A stretch of 62,828 bases of DNA, the filler included, from Candidatus Woesearchaeota archaeon (GTDB lineage Archaea > Nanobdellota > Nanobdellia > Woesearchaeales > GCA-2687795), in NCBI GenBank assembly GCA_030753365.1. It is 7 parts of 7 records of this genome, joined end to end, with 100 filler letters (N's around TTAATTAATTAA, not from the genome) between each part and the next. Parts side by side here need not be neighbours in the genome. Positions count along the whole stretch, not along the records: positions 26,355 to 37,323 come from JASMCJ010000036.1; positions 37,424 to 45,406 come from JASMCJ010000037.1; 5 more parts are not named here. One strand, given 5' to 3'. The translations under genes and the position numbers were made by a program. The notes beneath the pieces are model-generated. The model had not been told where the DNA came from. It saw only the letters and a program-made list of their open reading frames with translations, and did not search any database. This document shows, one piece after another, positions 30,995 through 39,898 of the stretch (position 1 is its first letter; every line of letters begins with the position of its first letter).

Positions 30995-31286
30995 GCCAAA
31001 GGCAGCAATCACAAAAGCAAAGCTTGACAAATATTTTACTGTTACAGGAAAAGCTATCAAAAAGGTTAAGCTAGTCAGTAAAGGTAAAGTTGATTTTAAG
31101 AAAGCTGGCGAAGATTTCTTAGACATGGCAAAAAGATATTATGAAGATGCTCATTACTTCAGTAAAAAAGGCGACTTAGTTACAGCATTTGCTGCAATTA
31201 ATTATGCGCATGGTTGGTTGGATGCTGGCGCAAGGTTGGGCTTGTTTGACGTTGGGCATGATAATAAGCTGTTTACTGTTGATTAA
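30972..31286 (+). CDS. DUF357 family protein
   Basis: FLDMAKRYYEDAHYF..GDLVTAFAAINYAHGWLDAGARLG. Confidence 0.88.
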   Translation: MSKSKVSKPKAAITKAKLDKYFTVTGKAIKKVKLVSKGKVDFKKAGEDFLDMAKRYYEDAHYFSKKGDLVTAFAAINYAHGWLDAGARLGLFDVGHDNKLFTVD

Positions 31287-31330
31287 ACAAGAAAGATATT
31301 TAAATCAAATCAATTCTTCAGTCTATATAT

Positions 31331-31470
31331 GGGCTCATAGCTCAGCCTGGTTAGAGCGATCGCCTCTTAAAATCAAGGTTTCTTTGATTTACTCAGAAAT
31401 CCTTAATTTCAGACAGCGATAGGTCGCGGGTTCGAATTATTGAAGAATAACGAAAGTCCCGTTGGGCCCA
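31331..31470 (+). tRNA. tRNA-Lys(CTT) with two introns: 37/38 (31370-31414) and T-loop 59/60 (31437-31456)
   Basis: Acceptor GGGCTCA/TGGGCCC, anticodon stem ATCGC/GCGAT, loop CT-CTT-A|A. T-loop BHB TTCG/CGAA restores TTCGAAT. First intron junction is only a relaxed BHB. Confidence 0.82.
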
Positions 31471-31555
31471 TTTTTTATTATTTATCAAATTCTATAAAGT
31501 ATATATTCAGTTTCCAAAAAATTTATATATTAGCTTATTCATACTATAAGATTAA

Positions 31556-31643
31556 GGTTGGTGTAGCAACTTAGTAAATAATAGCAATATTATTTAAGAA
31601 ATTTTCTTCGGAATTTTTCAACTAAGCTATGTCACCAATCGCC
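31556..31643 (+). ncRNA. Candidate structured small RNA / long hairpin
   Basis: GGTTGGTG..TAGC..CTTAGT pairs with ACTAAG..CTA..CACCAATC; C(TTCG)G tetraloop; AAAAATTTATATA TATA-like box about 25 bp upstream. Confidence 0.35.
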
Positions 31644-31653
31644 TTTTCTTATC

Positions 31654-31755
31654 AATAAAAAATCCCAATCGCAGCAAGCTGCGGGGTATTTTTAGTATTT
31701 AGTTTGCGTATTAAGCCGATGCAAGCATCGGGGTATAAAACCCAAACTAAATAAT
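31654..31755. mobile_element. 102-bp palindromic non-autonomous element, copy B
   Basis: Identical to 24068-24169. Confidence 0.75.
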
Positions 31756-31777
31756 CAAAAAACCTAAGAATCTAAGC

Positions 31778-32797
31778 TTATTCTTTCAATCTTTTCTTAA
31801 AATCTTCAACAGCTTTAACTGGTGTAGGATCCACTTTATATTTCAAAGCTAAATAATACGATGCCCAATCACCTATATAGATTGCAGAAAAAATCTTTGT
31901 TAAAGTACTACTTCCTTTAAGCATTATCTCCGTTACAGGAATTCCTTTCTTCTTTATAATGTCCTTAGTTATCTCAAACCTTTTCTTAACTCTCATATGA
32001 TCATCTTCGTCTTTTACAAGTATAACATGATAATCTCCTTCTATAGTTGTATACCCTACCATTTCATTATGGTTCAATTCAGGAAACATATTGCAGAAAG
32101 CATGCACTTTACTGTTCTCATTAAAGTTTATCTTCCATTTGTAAGCAACAGCAAACATCCTGTCAGAAGAATAAATTAAAGGTATCTTTCCCTCAAGCTT
32201 TCTTGCTATCTCTTTTGCCCTTTCCTCAAAGATAGGCTTCTTCAGAATATTCATAGTCATTTCTATTTCATGTGACATATCACCTATTATCTTTGAGTTC
32301 ATAAGCACATTCAGTATAGGAAAAAACAGGTAAGCATAGCCAGACCTTGGTTGTATACCTGAAGGAACTTTAATAAATATCTGCCTTTGCTTTGTGCTAA
32401 GCTCTTCCAATTTCCCGCCAGAGCTAATAGCAACGATTCTTGCTCCTTTTCTTAAGGCATTTCTGTATGCATAGATTGTCTCTTCTGTATTGCCTGAATA
32501 AGATATCACAAACACTAATGATCTCATATTAGTAAATTCAGGCAAAGTATAACCCTTGTTGACAAATATAGGAATACTTGTAGAATAAAAAAATGATTTA
32601 AGTATCTCCCCTGGAAGCGCTGATCCTCCCATGCCAGTGATTATGATATTATCAATTTTATCAGTAATCTTAACATCTTTTCCTAACTTGGCAGCTTCCT
32701 GCATCTGCTTAGGAAAATTCTTAAGAACGCCATACATATCCTCTTTATCAATAGTTTCTATGTCAAATTCTTCTTCTTGTTCTTCCATTTCTTCCAT
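31778..32797 (-). CDS. Bifunctional phosphoglucose/phosphomannose isomerase
   Basis: GMGGSA, SYSGNTEET, NENSK, FPELNHNE, DPTPV. Confidence 0.93.
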   Translation of the reverse strand: MEEMEEQEEEFDIETIDKEDMYGVLKNFPKQMQEAAKLGKDVKITDKIDNIIITGMGGSALPGEILKSFFYSTSIPIFVNKGYTLPEFTNMRSLVFVISYSGNTEETIYAYRNALRKGARIVAISSGGKLEELSTKQRQIFIKVPSGIQPRSGYAYLFFPILNVLMNSKIIGDMSHEIEMTMNILKKPIFEERAKEIARKLEGKIPLIYSSDRMFAVAYKWKINFNENSKVHAFCNMFPELNHNEMVGYTTIEGDYHVILVKDEDDHMRVKKRFEITKDIIKKKGIPVTEIMLKGSSTLTKIFSAIYIGDWASYYLALKYKVDPTPVKAVEDFKKRLKE

Positions 32798-32861
32798 TTT
32801 AAAATAGTGAATGAGATAACCTATTTAATATTTTCTAATTATTGACTCAACCTCAATAATC

Positions 32862-34283
32862 TTAATATCTATAATGTTCTGCCTTATAAGGCCCTTCAAC
32901 CTTAACACCTATATATTCTGCCTGCTCAGGGCTTAGTTTAGTCAGCTTAGCTCCTAATTTAGCCAAGTGCAGCCTTGCAACCTCTTCATCTAATTCCTTT
33001 GATAGCATAGAAACTCCTAGTTTATGCTCCTTTGTCCACAAGTCTATCTGTGCAAGTGTCTGGTTTGTGAACGAATTGCTCATCACAAAGCTTGGATGGC
33101 CTGTTGCGCAGCCTAAATTAATCAGCCTTCCTTCAGCAAGGAGATAAATTGAATGCCCATCTTCAAAAGTATACCTGTGTACTGGACATTCGCTGCCTTT
33201 AATCTCTTCTTTCTTAATCCCTGGCCAGTTCTCCAGTTCAACAACCTGTATTTCATTATCAAAATGCCCAATATTGCATACAATAGCCTGGTCTTTCATC
33301 TTGCTCATATGCTCTGCTGTTATAATCTCTTTATTTCCTGTTGTTGTAACATATAAATCAGCTTCAGGCAAAGCATCTTCCACAGTGCATACTTTAATAC
33401 CTGCCATGCACGCCTGCAATGCGCAGATAGGATCAACCTCAGATACCATAACTCTTGCTTTCTCATTTTTCAAAGATTCCGCTGAACCTTTACCAACATC
33501 CCCATAACCGCAAACCATTGCAGTCTTGCCTGATAAAAGAACATCCATTGCTCTCTTAATGCCATCAACCAAACTATGCCTGCAGCCATACACATTATCA
33601 AACTTAGATTTGGTTACAGAATCATTAACATTGACAGCAGGGAACAACAATTTTCCTTCTTCCATCATCTGATAAAGCCTATGGACACCGGTTGTTGTTT
33701 CTTCAGAAACTCCTTTAATCTCTTTTGCAACCTTCTGCCATCTTTCTTCATCTTTATTGTACTCTTCTTTAAGGCAGGCCATTAACTCTCTAAAATCTTC
33801 TCCTTCATCGCTATAATCCTTATTCAATAAAGAAGACTCTTTTTCAATATCAACTCCCTTATGTACCATTAAAGTAGCATCTCCGCCATCATCAACAATT
33901 AGGTTAGGCCCTTTGCCATCTCCAAAGTTAAGCGCTTTTTCTGTGCACCACCAATAATCTTTAAGACTTTCTCCTTTCCACGCAAAAACAGGCACACCAG
34001 ATTTAGCTATTGCTGCCGCAGCATGATCCTGTGTTGAGAATATGTTGCACGAAGCCCATCTGACATCAGCTCCTAATTCAGTTAATGTTTCTATAAGAAC
34101 TGCAGTTTGTATTGTCATATGTAAAGAGCCTGTTATCCTTGCGCCTTTCAGCGGCTTGTCTTTTCCATACTTTTTCCTTGTAGCCATTAGGCCAGGCATT
34201 TCTTTTTCTGCTATTTCTATCTCTTTCCTTCCAAAGTCTGCAAGATTGATATCTTTTACTTTATAATTTTCAGTTTCATCCAT
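32862..34283 (-). CDS. ahcY: Adenosylhomocysteinase
   Basis: [45 protein letters not shown] end. Confidence 0.98.
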   Translation of the reverse strand: MDETENYKVKDINLADFGRKEIEIAEKEMPGLMATRKKYGKDKPLKGARITGSLHMTIQTAVLIETLTELGADVRWASCNIFSTQDHAAAAIAKSGVPVFAWKGESLKDYWWCTEKALNFGDGKGPNLIVDDGGDATLMVHKGVDIEKESSLLNKDYSDEGEDFRELMACLKEEYNKDEERWQKVAKEIKGVSEETTTGVHRLYQMMEEGKLLFPAVNVNDSVTKSKFDNVYGCRHSLVDGIKRAMDVLLSGKTAMVCGYGDVGKGSAESLKNEKARVMVSEVDPICALQACMAGIKVCTVEDALPEADLYVTTTGNKEIITAEHMSKMKDQAIVCNIGHFDNEIQVVELENWPGIKKEEIKGSECPVHRYTFEDGHSIYLLAEGRLINLGCATGHPSFVMSNSFTNQTLAQIDLWTKEHKLGVSMLSKELDEEVARLHLAKLGAKLTKLSPEQAEYIGVKVEGPYKAEHYRY

Positions 34284-34358
34284 TTTAGTATCACCTTTAT
34301 GTTTATTAAAAAAGTTAATCTGATAACATTTATATATTCTTTTTCAAATAAACAGTAA

Positions 34359-34419
34359 TTTGTCCATTAATTTCAGAATAGTTTGGACAAAATAGATATA
34401 TTTAAATAATAATTGGACA
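34359..34419. promoter_or_regulatory. Candidate operator between divergent ahcY and Lrp genes
   Basis: TTTGTCCA (34359) and TGGACAAA (34384) inverted pair plus a third TGGACA at 34414. Confidence 0.35.
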
Positions 34420-34430
34420 TACATTAACAA

Positions 34431-34850
34431 ATGCTCTCTAAAAAAGACCAAAAGATAATAAGCGTACTAAAAGAGGATTCAAGAAAATCCATTAGAGACA
34501 TTGCCAAGCTGACAAAGTTAAGGCCATCCACTGTTCATTTAAGGCTTCAAAAGCTGAAGAAAGAAGGTATTATAGAAAAGTTCACAGTAAAGTTAGACAA
34601 CAAAGCAGTAGACGAGAACTTCATAGTGTTCTTATTCGTAACAACAGAGGATAATCTTTCCAAAGTTTTCCTCAACACTCCAAACATAAAAGAGGTGTTT
34701 GGCATAACAGGAGAATACGACTTACTGTTAAAGCTAAAGTTCAAAGATATTGAAGAGTTCAACAAATTCCTCATAAACCTCAGAAAGAACAAGAACATCA
34801 GGAAGACATTAACAATGGTAAGCACTGTTAATGTTAAAGAAGAGGCATAA
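34431..34850 (+). CDS. Lrp/AsnC family transcriptional regulator
   Basis: HTH (DSRKSIRDIAK..STVHLRLQKL..GII) and RAM domain (ITGEYDLLLK). Confidence 0.93.
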   Translation: MLSKKDQKIISVLKEDSRKSIRDIAKLTKLRPSTVHLRLQKLKKEGIIEKFTVKLDNKAVDENFIVFLFVTTEDNLSKVFLNTPNIKEVFGITGEYDLLLKLKFKDIEEFNKFLINLRKNKNIRKTLTMVSTVNVKEEA

Positions 34851-34852
34851 TT

Positions 34853-35204
34853 TTATTTAATCCTGTCTAACCCATCAAATTTTGGAGTTTTATCATTAGG
34901 ATCAAACACATCAACAACTTTATATTTACCTCTTGTAAACATTTCTTTTCCTTCTAAAAAATGAGTGGCTTCTAATATAATTACGCTTGCAATAGGTTTC
35001 CCCAATACTTGATTGCCTTTTGTTTCTCTTAGAGGAATCTCTCCAAACAACCAATAATTTCTTTGGTCTTTCTTCAAGAAATCAAAGACTTTTCCAGCTT
35101 CGAGATTTTTAGGAATACATTCTTCTTCTTTTCTGTTTCCCTTTTCAAACTCAGAATAATCTCTCAATGCTAAATCCGGATTAAATTCAAACTACTATGC
35201 CCAT
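34853..35204 (-). pseudogene. Conserved hypothetical protein with apparent +1 frameshift near the start (35189-35191)
   Basis: ATG GGC ATA GTA GTT T GAA TTT AAT CCG: removing one T gives MGIVVEFNPDLALRDYSEF.., with the ATG 1 nt after the upstream stop. Confidence 0.6.
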
Positions 35205-35205
35205 T

Positions 35206-35631
35206 TTATTTCACCTTGCTTAAATCTTTGTTTATGATAACATCAACCAATGCTTTTACTTCGTCAACATAGGGAACTTCTTCAGGAATTGGATTTAATA
35301 AAAATATCTTTTTATCATTAACATGAGCAAAACCCATTTCTAGTAATACATTTCCACCTATATAATTCTCAATTCCATCTTTATCAAAATTACAGACAAG
35401 TAATGCATCACCGCTTTTTATTAAATCATGCCATGCCTTAAAGATATCGTATTTTCTTTTCATTGCACCATGATCTTCTGCAATGTCTTTAATCAAATCT
35501 TTTGCAGAACCATCAGCAATTCCAAACATATGATCATGCATTAATGGTTCATGGCCTAGCTCTCTTATTTTTTTTGATATTTCTATTATTTCTTTGGCAA
35601 ATTTTAAACTTCCAACAATAGTTATTTTCAT
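35206..35631 (-). CDS. Nucleoside 2-deoxyribosyltransferase-like fold protein
   Basis: KITIVGS, IKSGDALLVCN..YIGGNVLLEMGFA..KKIFLLN. Confidence 0.6.
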   Translation of the reverse strand: MKITIVGSLKFAKEIIEISKKIRELGHEPLMHDHMFGIADGSAKDLIKDIAEDHGAMKRKYDIFKAWHDLIKSGDALLVCNFDKDGIENYIGGNVLLEMGFAHVNDKKIFLLNPIPEEVPYVDEVKALVDVIINKDLSKVK

Positions 35632-36203
35632 TTTTCAAACTCTTTAAGCATTTCAACCATTACTTCTAATGGAATGCCTCTTGTGAAGTTATTATAGCTC
35701 CCTTCAATTTTCTTAACAAAAGTTGAGCTGTAATAGCTTAAAGGGTCATATCCTAAAGCATAAATATTGAAATTAGGGTCTTGCTCAAGATATTTATTTA
35801 TTTCTGGCTCTGTTAATTCCCTCATAAAAAGTTCTGTTTTTATAACTCTTGAAATGCTTTTGCCTGTAGCAGTGTCAATCATGAAAATCCCAGTATAAAA
35901 TAGATGATTATTTCAGGATAATAATTTTAATCTATTAAATGCTTCTTCCTTTGAGCTTGGCTTTTCTAATATTTCATTATTAAACCATCCAATGGAATCA
36001 AAACCAATAACAATTCCTTCAGAATGGTTTTTTGCAACAGATTCCGCTTTTAATTGGGCTAAATGCTTCACTAATTCCTTTGGATTATCAGGTCTTCCAT
36101 CAAAATATTCATCAACATTGCTACCTTCTGCAATAAAATCTAGACCAAGAAATTTAAATGCTTCTTGCCTACAAAGTGATTTAGTAGCTAAAACAATTTT
36201 CAT
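35628..36203 (-). pseudogene. maf: Maf family nucleotide pyrophosphatase with in-frame TGA at 35913-35915
   Basis: IVLATKS..R, LAQLKAESV, IGFDS, LEKP, then LKLLS*NNHLFYTG (canonical LSGxxHxVxTG), IEGSYNN..GIP, all in one frame. Confidence 0.85.
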
Positions 36204-36949
36204 TTTATTTTAGGTATCATATTAACAATTAACTCTGTAACCTTCTCAACATTTGCTTTGAATATTTCAAGCACACCTTCCCAGGTTACAGGCTCTTCAT
36301 CCTCTTTCCAACAGTCATAATCTGTTGACATAGCAACAGCAGCATAAGGAATCCTTGCTTCATTTGCAAGAGCAGCTTCAGGAGCAACGCTCATATTAAT
36401 CACATCAGCTCCCCAGATTCTGAACATATTAGATTCTGCTTTAGTAGAAAACCTAGGACCTTCAATCGTGATTACTGTTCCTTTCTCATGTATAAAAAGA
36501 TTAAGCTCTTTTGCAGTTTTAATTAATAAATTTCTCATATCCTTTGAGAAAGGCTCAGCCATTGGCGTATGAACAGGCTTATCCGGCTCAAACTTTTCAT
36601 GAAACGATATTTGCCTATGCCTTGTAAAGTCTATAAATTGGTCAAGTATAACTAAATGCCCTCTATCAATCTCTTCCCTCAAGCTCCCGCATGCTGTAGT
36701 AGCTAATATATGCGTGCAGCCAGCGTCTTTCAAAGCCTGAATATTCGCTCTAAAATTAACCTGCGTTGGCGGGATTGTATGTCCTCTCCCATGCCTTGCA
36801 ATAAGAACAACATCAATATCTTTTATCTTACCAACCTTAAGAGAAGAACTTGGCTTGCCATAAGGTGTATCAACTTCTACGTCCTTTGCATCTTCAAGAA
36901 TATCAGGATTATCTAATCCAGATCCACCAATTATACCTATTTTTACCAT
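36200..36949 (-). CDS. mtnP: S-methyl-5'-thioadenosine phosphorylase
   Basis: IGIIGGSG, ARHGRGH, IEGPRFSTKAES, INMS..PEA, TDYDCW. Confidence 0.95.
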   Translation of the reverse strand: MVKIGIIGGSGLDNPDILEDAKDVEVDTPYGKPSSSLKVGKIKDIDVVLIARHGRGHTIPPTQVNFRANIQALKDAGCTHILATTACGSLREEIDRGHLVILDQFIDFTRHRQISFHEKFEPDKPVHTPMAEPFSKDMRNLLIKTAKELNLFIHEKGTVITIEGPRFSTKAESNMFRIWGADVINMSVAPEAALANEARIPYAAVAMSTDYDCWKEDEEPVTWEGVLEIFKANVEKVTELIVNMIPKIK

Positions 36950-36993
36950 TCTTATAATTAGTAACTCTTCTTTCTTTTAAGAAATTTGCTTTT

Positions 36994-37323
36994 TTAAAGC
37001 TCCTTCTTCACAGCCTTATCAGAGATTATAGCAGAATTCCCAGATTTATCTTCTATGATAATCTTAATTTTTTCCTGACCCCAAAGCACTTTATTAACCT
37101 TCTTCAACAATTTCTTAGCTTTTTTCTTAGCTGCAGGATCATCTTCAGCTTCTTTTGCAATCTCTATAGCCGCTTTAACTCTATTCAGAACCCCTTCAAC
37201 ATTAGTAATATACCCATTAGAGCTTGGACCAGGCTCAATTGTCATTACATGAGGTATTTTTACTTTTCCTTCGCTTGACTTAACAACCCTTACTTTCAGG
37301 TCATCTTCTGATTCAACCTCTAT
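36994..37323 (-). CDS. ZPR1 zinc-finger family protein, C-terminal part (5' truncated)
   Basis: DDLKVRVVKSSEGKVKIP..IEPGP...GYITNVEGVL..IIEDKSGNSAI. Confidence 0.85.
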   Translation of the reverse strand: MEVESEDDLKVRVVKSSEGKVKIPHVMTIEPGPSSNGYITNVEGVLNRVKAAIEIAKEAEDDPAAKKKAKKLLKKVNKVLWGQEKIKIIIEDKSGNSAIISDKAVKKEL

Positions 37324-37423
37324 NNNNNNNNNNNNNNNNNNNNNNNNNNNNNNNNNNNNNNNNNNNNTTAATTAATTAANNNNNNNNNNNNNNNNNNNNN
37401 NNNNNNNNNNNNNNNNNNNNNNN
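37324..37423. other. Artificial contig linker
   Basis: N44-TTAATTAATTAA-N44. Confidence 0.98.
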
Positions 37424-39496
37424 AATCCATTCTATATAATCAATTAAACTGTTATTGTTAGTATCAAACTTATCAATATCAACCTCCTGCCTTGAACCAT
37501 TCACAAGCCAGTAAAGTCTTACGGCATTCTCTTCAGCCTCAACAGGAAGTTCAGTATAACTCAATATATCCTCATAATGAATATCAGATGAAACAACAAT
37601 CCTCTTCTTATAATCAGAAACAATAATTTCTTCAGCAGTTGGCCCTTCTGTATAATATTCAACCTCAACCTCTTCAACCACTTCTTCAATAATAATCTCT
37701 GTAACATTCTCTTCTTCACTTGAAGCTAATCCTATTACAGCCCCAGTAATAAAATTCCTTTCTTTAGGCTTTCTCTTATCCTTTTTCTCAGTCTCATACT
37801 CCTCCAATCCTTTAACCCTATTATCCTCAACAACCTTAATCTTTGATTCATCCACTTTAACATTAGTTGTAACATCCTTCACAGAAATATTGAATGCTCC
37901 CTTAGTAACATTAACCTTAGCAACACCCTTAACTTGCTTAACCCTCTTCACCCACTTAACAGGCTTTCCAATCACAACCTTAGGTTTAACCTCAATAACC
38001 TCTGCCTCACCGACACTAACCTTAAATACATTACTAACCCCAACAAGAGAAGAATCATTAGCAATAAAGAACATGCTTCTAACTCCAACTAATTCTGAAG
38101 CAGAAATAACAGCAATATCATCATCAATCTCAACAGAAATCCCTTCAGTCTCATAATAAGAATAAGCTAAAACATCGCCGTCATCATCAAAGAAATACTT
38201 GCTTAAATTAATAGTATAATTATCAACAATACTAACGTCAGAAATATTTTTAACCAATTTAGGAGCATTATTCACAACATTCTCATTCCCTACAGTATAA
38301 GAAACGCTCTCAATCTCCAATGTACCATTCTCCACTTCAAAAATAAGAAAATAACTGGAAGCATTAAGGCCTGGCAGCAGGCAGGTTTCCAAACAGAAAT
38401 CGTTAATCTCAGTTTTGGGGGTTGAGAACTTCACGTTCTTGTTGGAAACTCCGCTGTAAGCCACCTCTGCCTCCAGTTTTTTAAAATCGTAATAAGCATA
38501 AACAATCTGCGCAGAAATTATATTCTCATACCCTGCACCATTCATCTCAAAATAACTATAATAAACATCATCCCACTTAGAAGAATCACTCTCTAATCCA
38601 ATAAAAGAACAACAATTATTACTTCCATAACAAACATGATCAACACTTCCTTCATCAACATCATTAACAGTCCATCTTGTGCATAAATTGCTTAAGTTAA
38701 CATCAAAGTTAAATTCAGTATCCTTCACAGTTAAGTCAACAATACCATCAATAGTTTCAACACCATCATTGTTAGTATCATAGTTGCTTTCATTATAATA
38801 ATCTAAAACCAACTTTATTGACAAGTCCTCTACTGATGTATTAACTAATGTTTCATTCAAAACTGTTAAGTTTTGAATGTGCTCAGAAATGTTAATTTCT
38901 GACATGTTCACTATAACCTGCTCTGCTAACGTTCCATTAACCTCTGTTTGATTAGTCTCATTAACACTCTCATTCAAGACAGCAAACCCAGTAACACCAG
39001 CCAACCCATTTTCTTCTTGAGAAGAATCAAACACAAGATAATCAACATCATTATGCCTCAGATAAACTTTAGCAAAACCATCACCTGAAAACCTTGCATC
39101 AATACTAACCCTCTTCAAGTCCCCTTCATTCATCAAAGACCATGAATAACTGCTTGATTCATTCACTTCCAATCCTAAATACTCTGTATAATTATTCATC
39201 TCAGACACACTAATATAACCAGTAAAAGCAGGCTTAATAAAAAGGACAACAAGCGCTAGCATAGCTAATACAAAGGCCACTACAAAAATGTCAGAATTTA
39301 ATCTCCAGTTTCTGACTGGTGGCAAGCTCCGCTTGCTTTTGATGTCAGAAAGCTGGAAAATTCTGAGCATGCTCAAGAACCACCTTGATGGATGGGATGG
39401 TAACTCGTAGGAATTGCCACATTCCACCCGTCTATGATAGGTGATTCTTGACATCTCTAATATCCTAATTCCTCTTTTGCCTTTACTTCTTTTCAT
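37424..39496 (-). CDS. Large acidic secreted/surface protein (3' truncated) with an in-frame repeat insertion in its N-terminus
   Basis: GAGGAG SD; basic N-terminus, TM helix and xTG motifs; many N-x-S/T sequons; cadherin/Ig-like segment (NNAPKL..INLSKYFFDDDGDVLAYS). Confidence 0.85.
39288..39454 (-). repeat. Double-hairpin dispersed repeat, copy 4 (intragenic, in-frame)
   Basis: Minus strand ATGTCAAGAATCACC..GGTGGTTCTTGAGCATGCTCAGAATTTTCCAG..AAATTCTGACAT. Confidence 0.92.
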
Positions 39497-39773
39497 ACTC
39501 TCCTCTTTTCTTAATCAACCCCAAAATAACCTCTTCATACGATTGTCTAGGATGAATCTTTAACTTAGAAAGAACACTCACTGTCCTCTTCTTCAGCTTA
39601 ATAGTAGTAATCCCCTTAATTCCCTTAGATCCTCTACTAATCTGCACATTAGAATCCTTACTATTCAGTTCAAGAATAACCTCTTCATAACTTTGTCTTG
39701 GATGTATCTTTAGTCTTGACAGAAGTCTAACTGTGCTTTTCCCTAATTTAATAGTCGTAATATCCTCTTTCAT
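39483..39773 (-). CDS. Small DNA-binding protein with duplicated RHH/antitoxin-like domain
   Basis: ITTIKLxKxTVxxLSxLKIHPRQSYEEVIL occurs twice. Confidence 0.75.
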   Translation of the reverse strand: MKEDITTIKLGKSTVRLLSRLKIHPRQSYEEVILELNSKDSNVQISRGSKGIKGITTIKLKKRTVSVLSKLKIHPRQSYEEVILGLIKKRGEYEKK

Positions 39774-39777
39774 CAGG

Positions 39778-39825
39778 TATACTTAAGTATATAATCTTAT
39801 ACTCAGGTATACTTATATAAAAAGG
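39778..39825 (-). promoter_or_regulatory. TATA box with two palindromic operator candidates TATAC-N4-GTATA
   Basis: TATACTTAAGTATA (39778-39791) and TATACTCAGGTATA (39798-39811); minus-strand TTTTTATATAA just upstream. Confidence 0.55.
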
Positions 39826-39898
39826 TTGCTGTTTTTTAACGCAAATTTTTCATAAACAATTAACCTTTTAAAATCAGGAATATTCCATCTCTATTAAC

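Noticed and set aside
13153..35915. TGA-to-Gly/Trp/Sec recoding suggested by two in-frame TGAs
   Set aside because: TGA is the normal stop of many genes here (pth2, arginase, maf itself), and both cases sit beside frameshifted genes, favouring decay or error.
4021..39454. CRISPR array or retron/DGR interpretation of the repeats
   Set aside because: Copies are dispersed rather than regularly spaced, and no cas or reverse transcriptase gene is visible.
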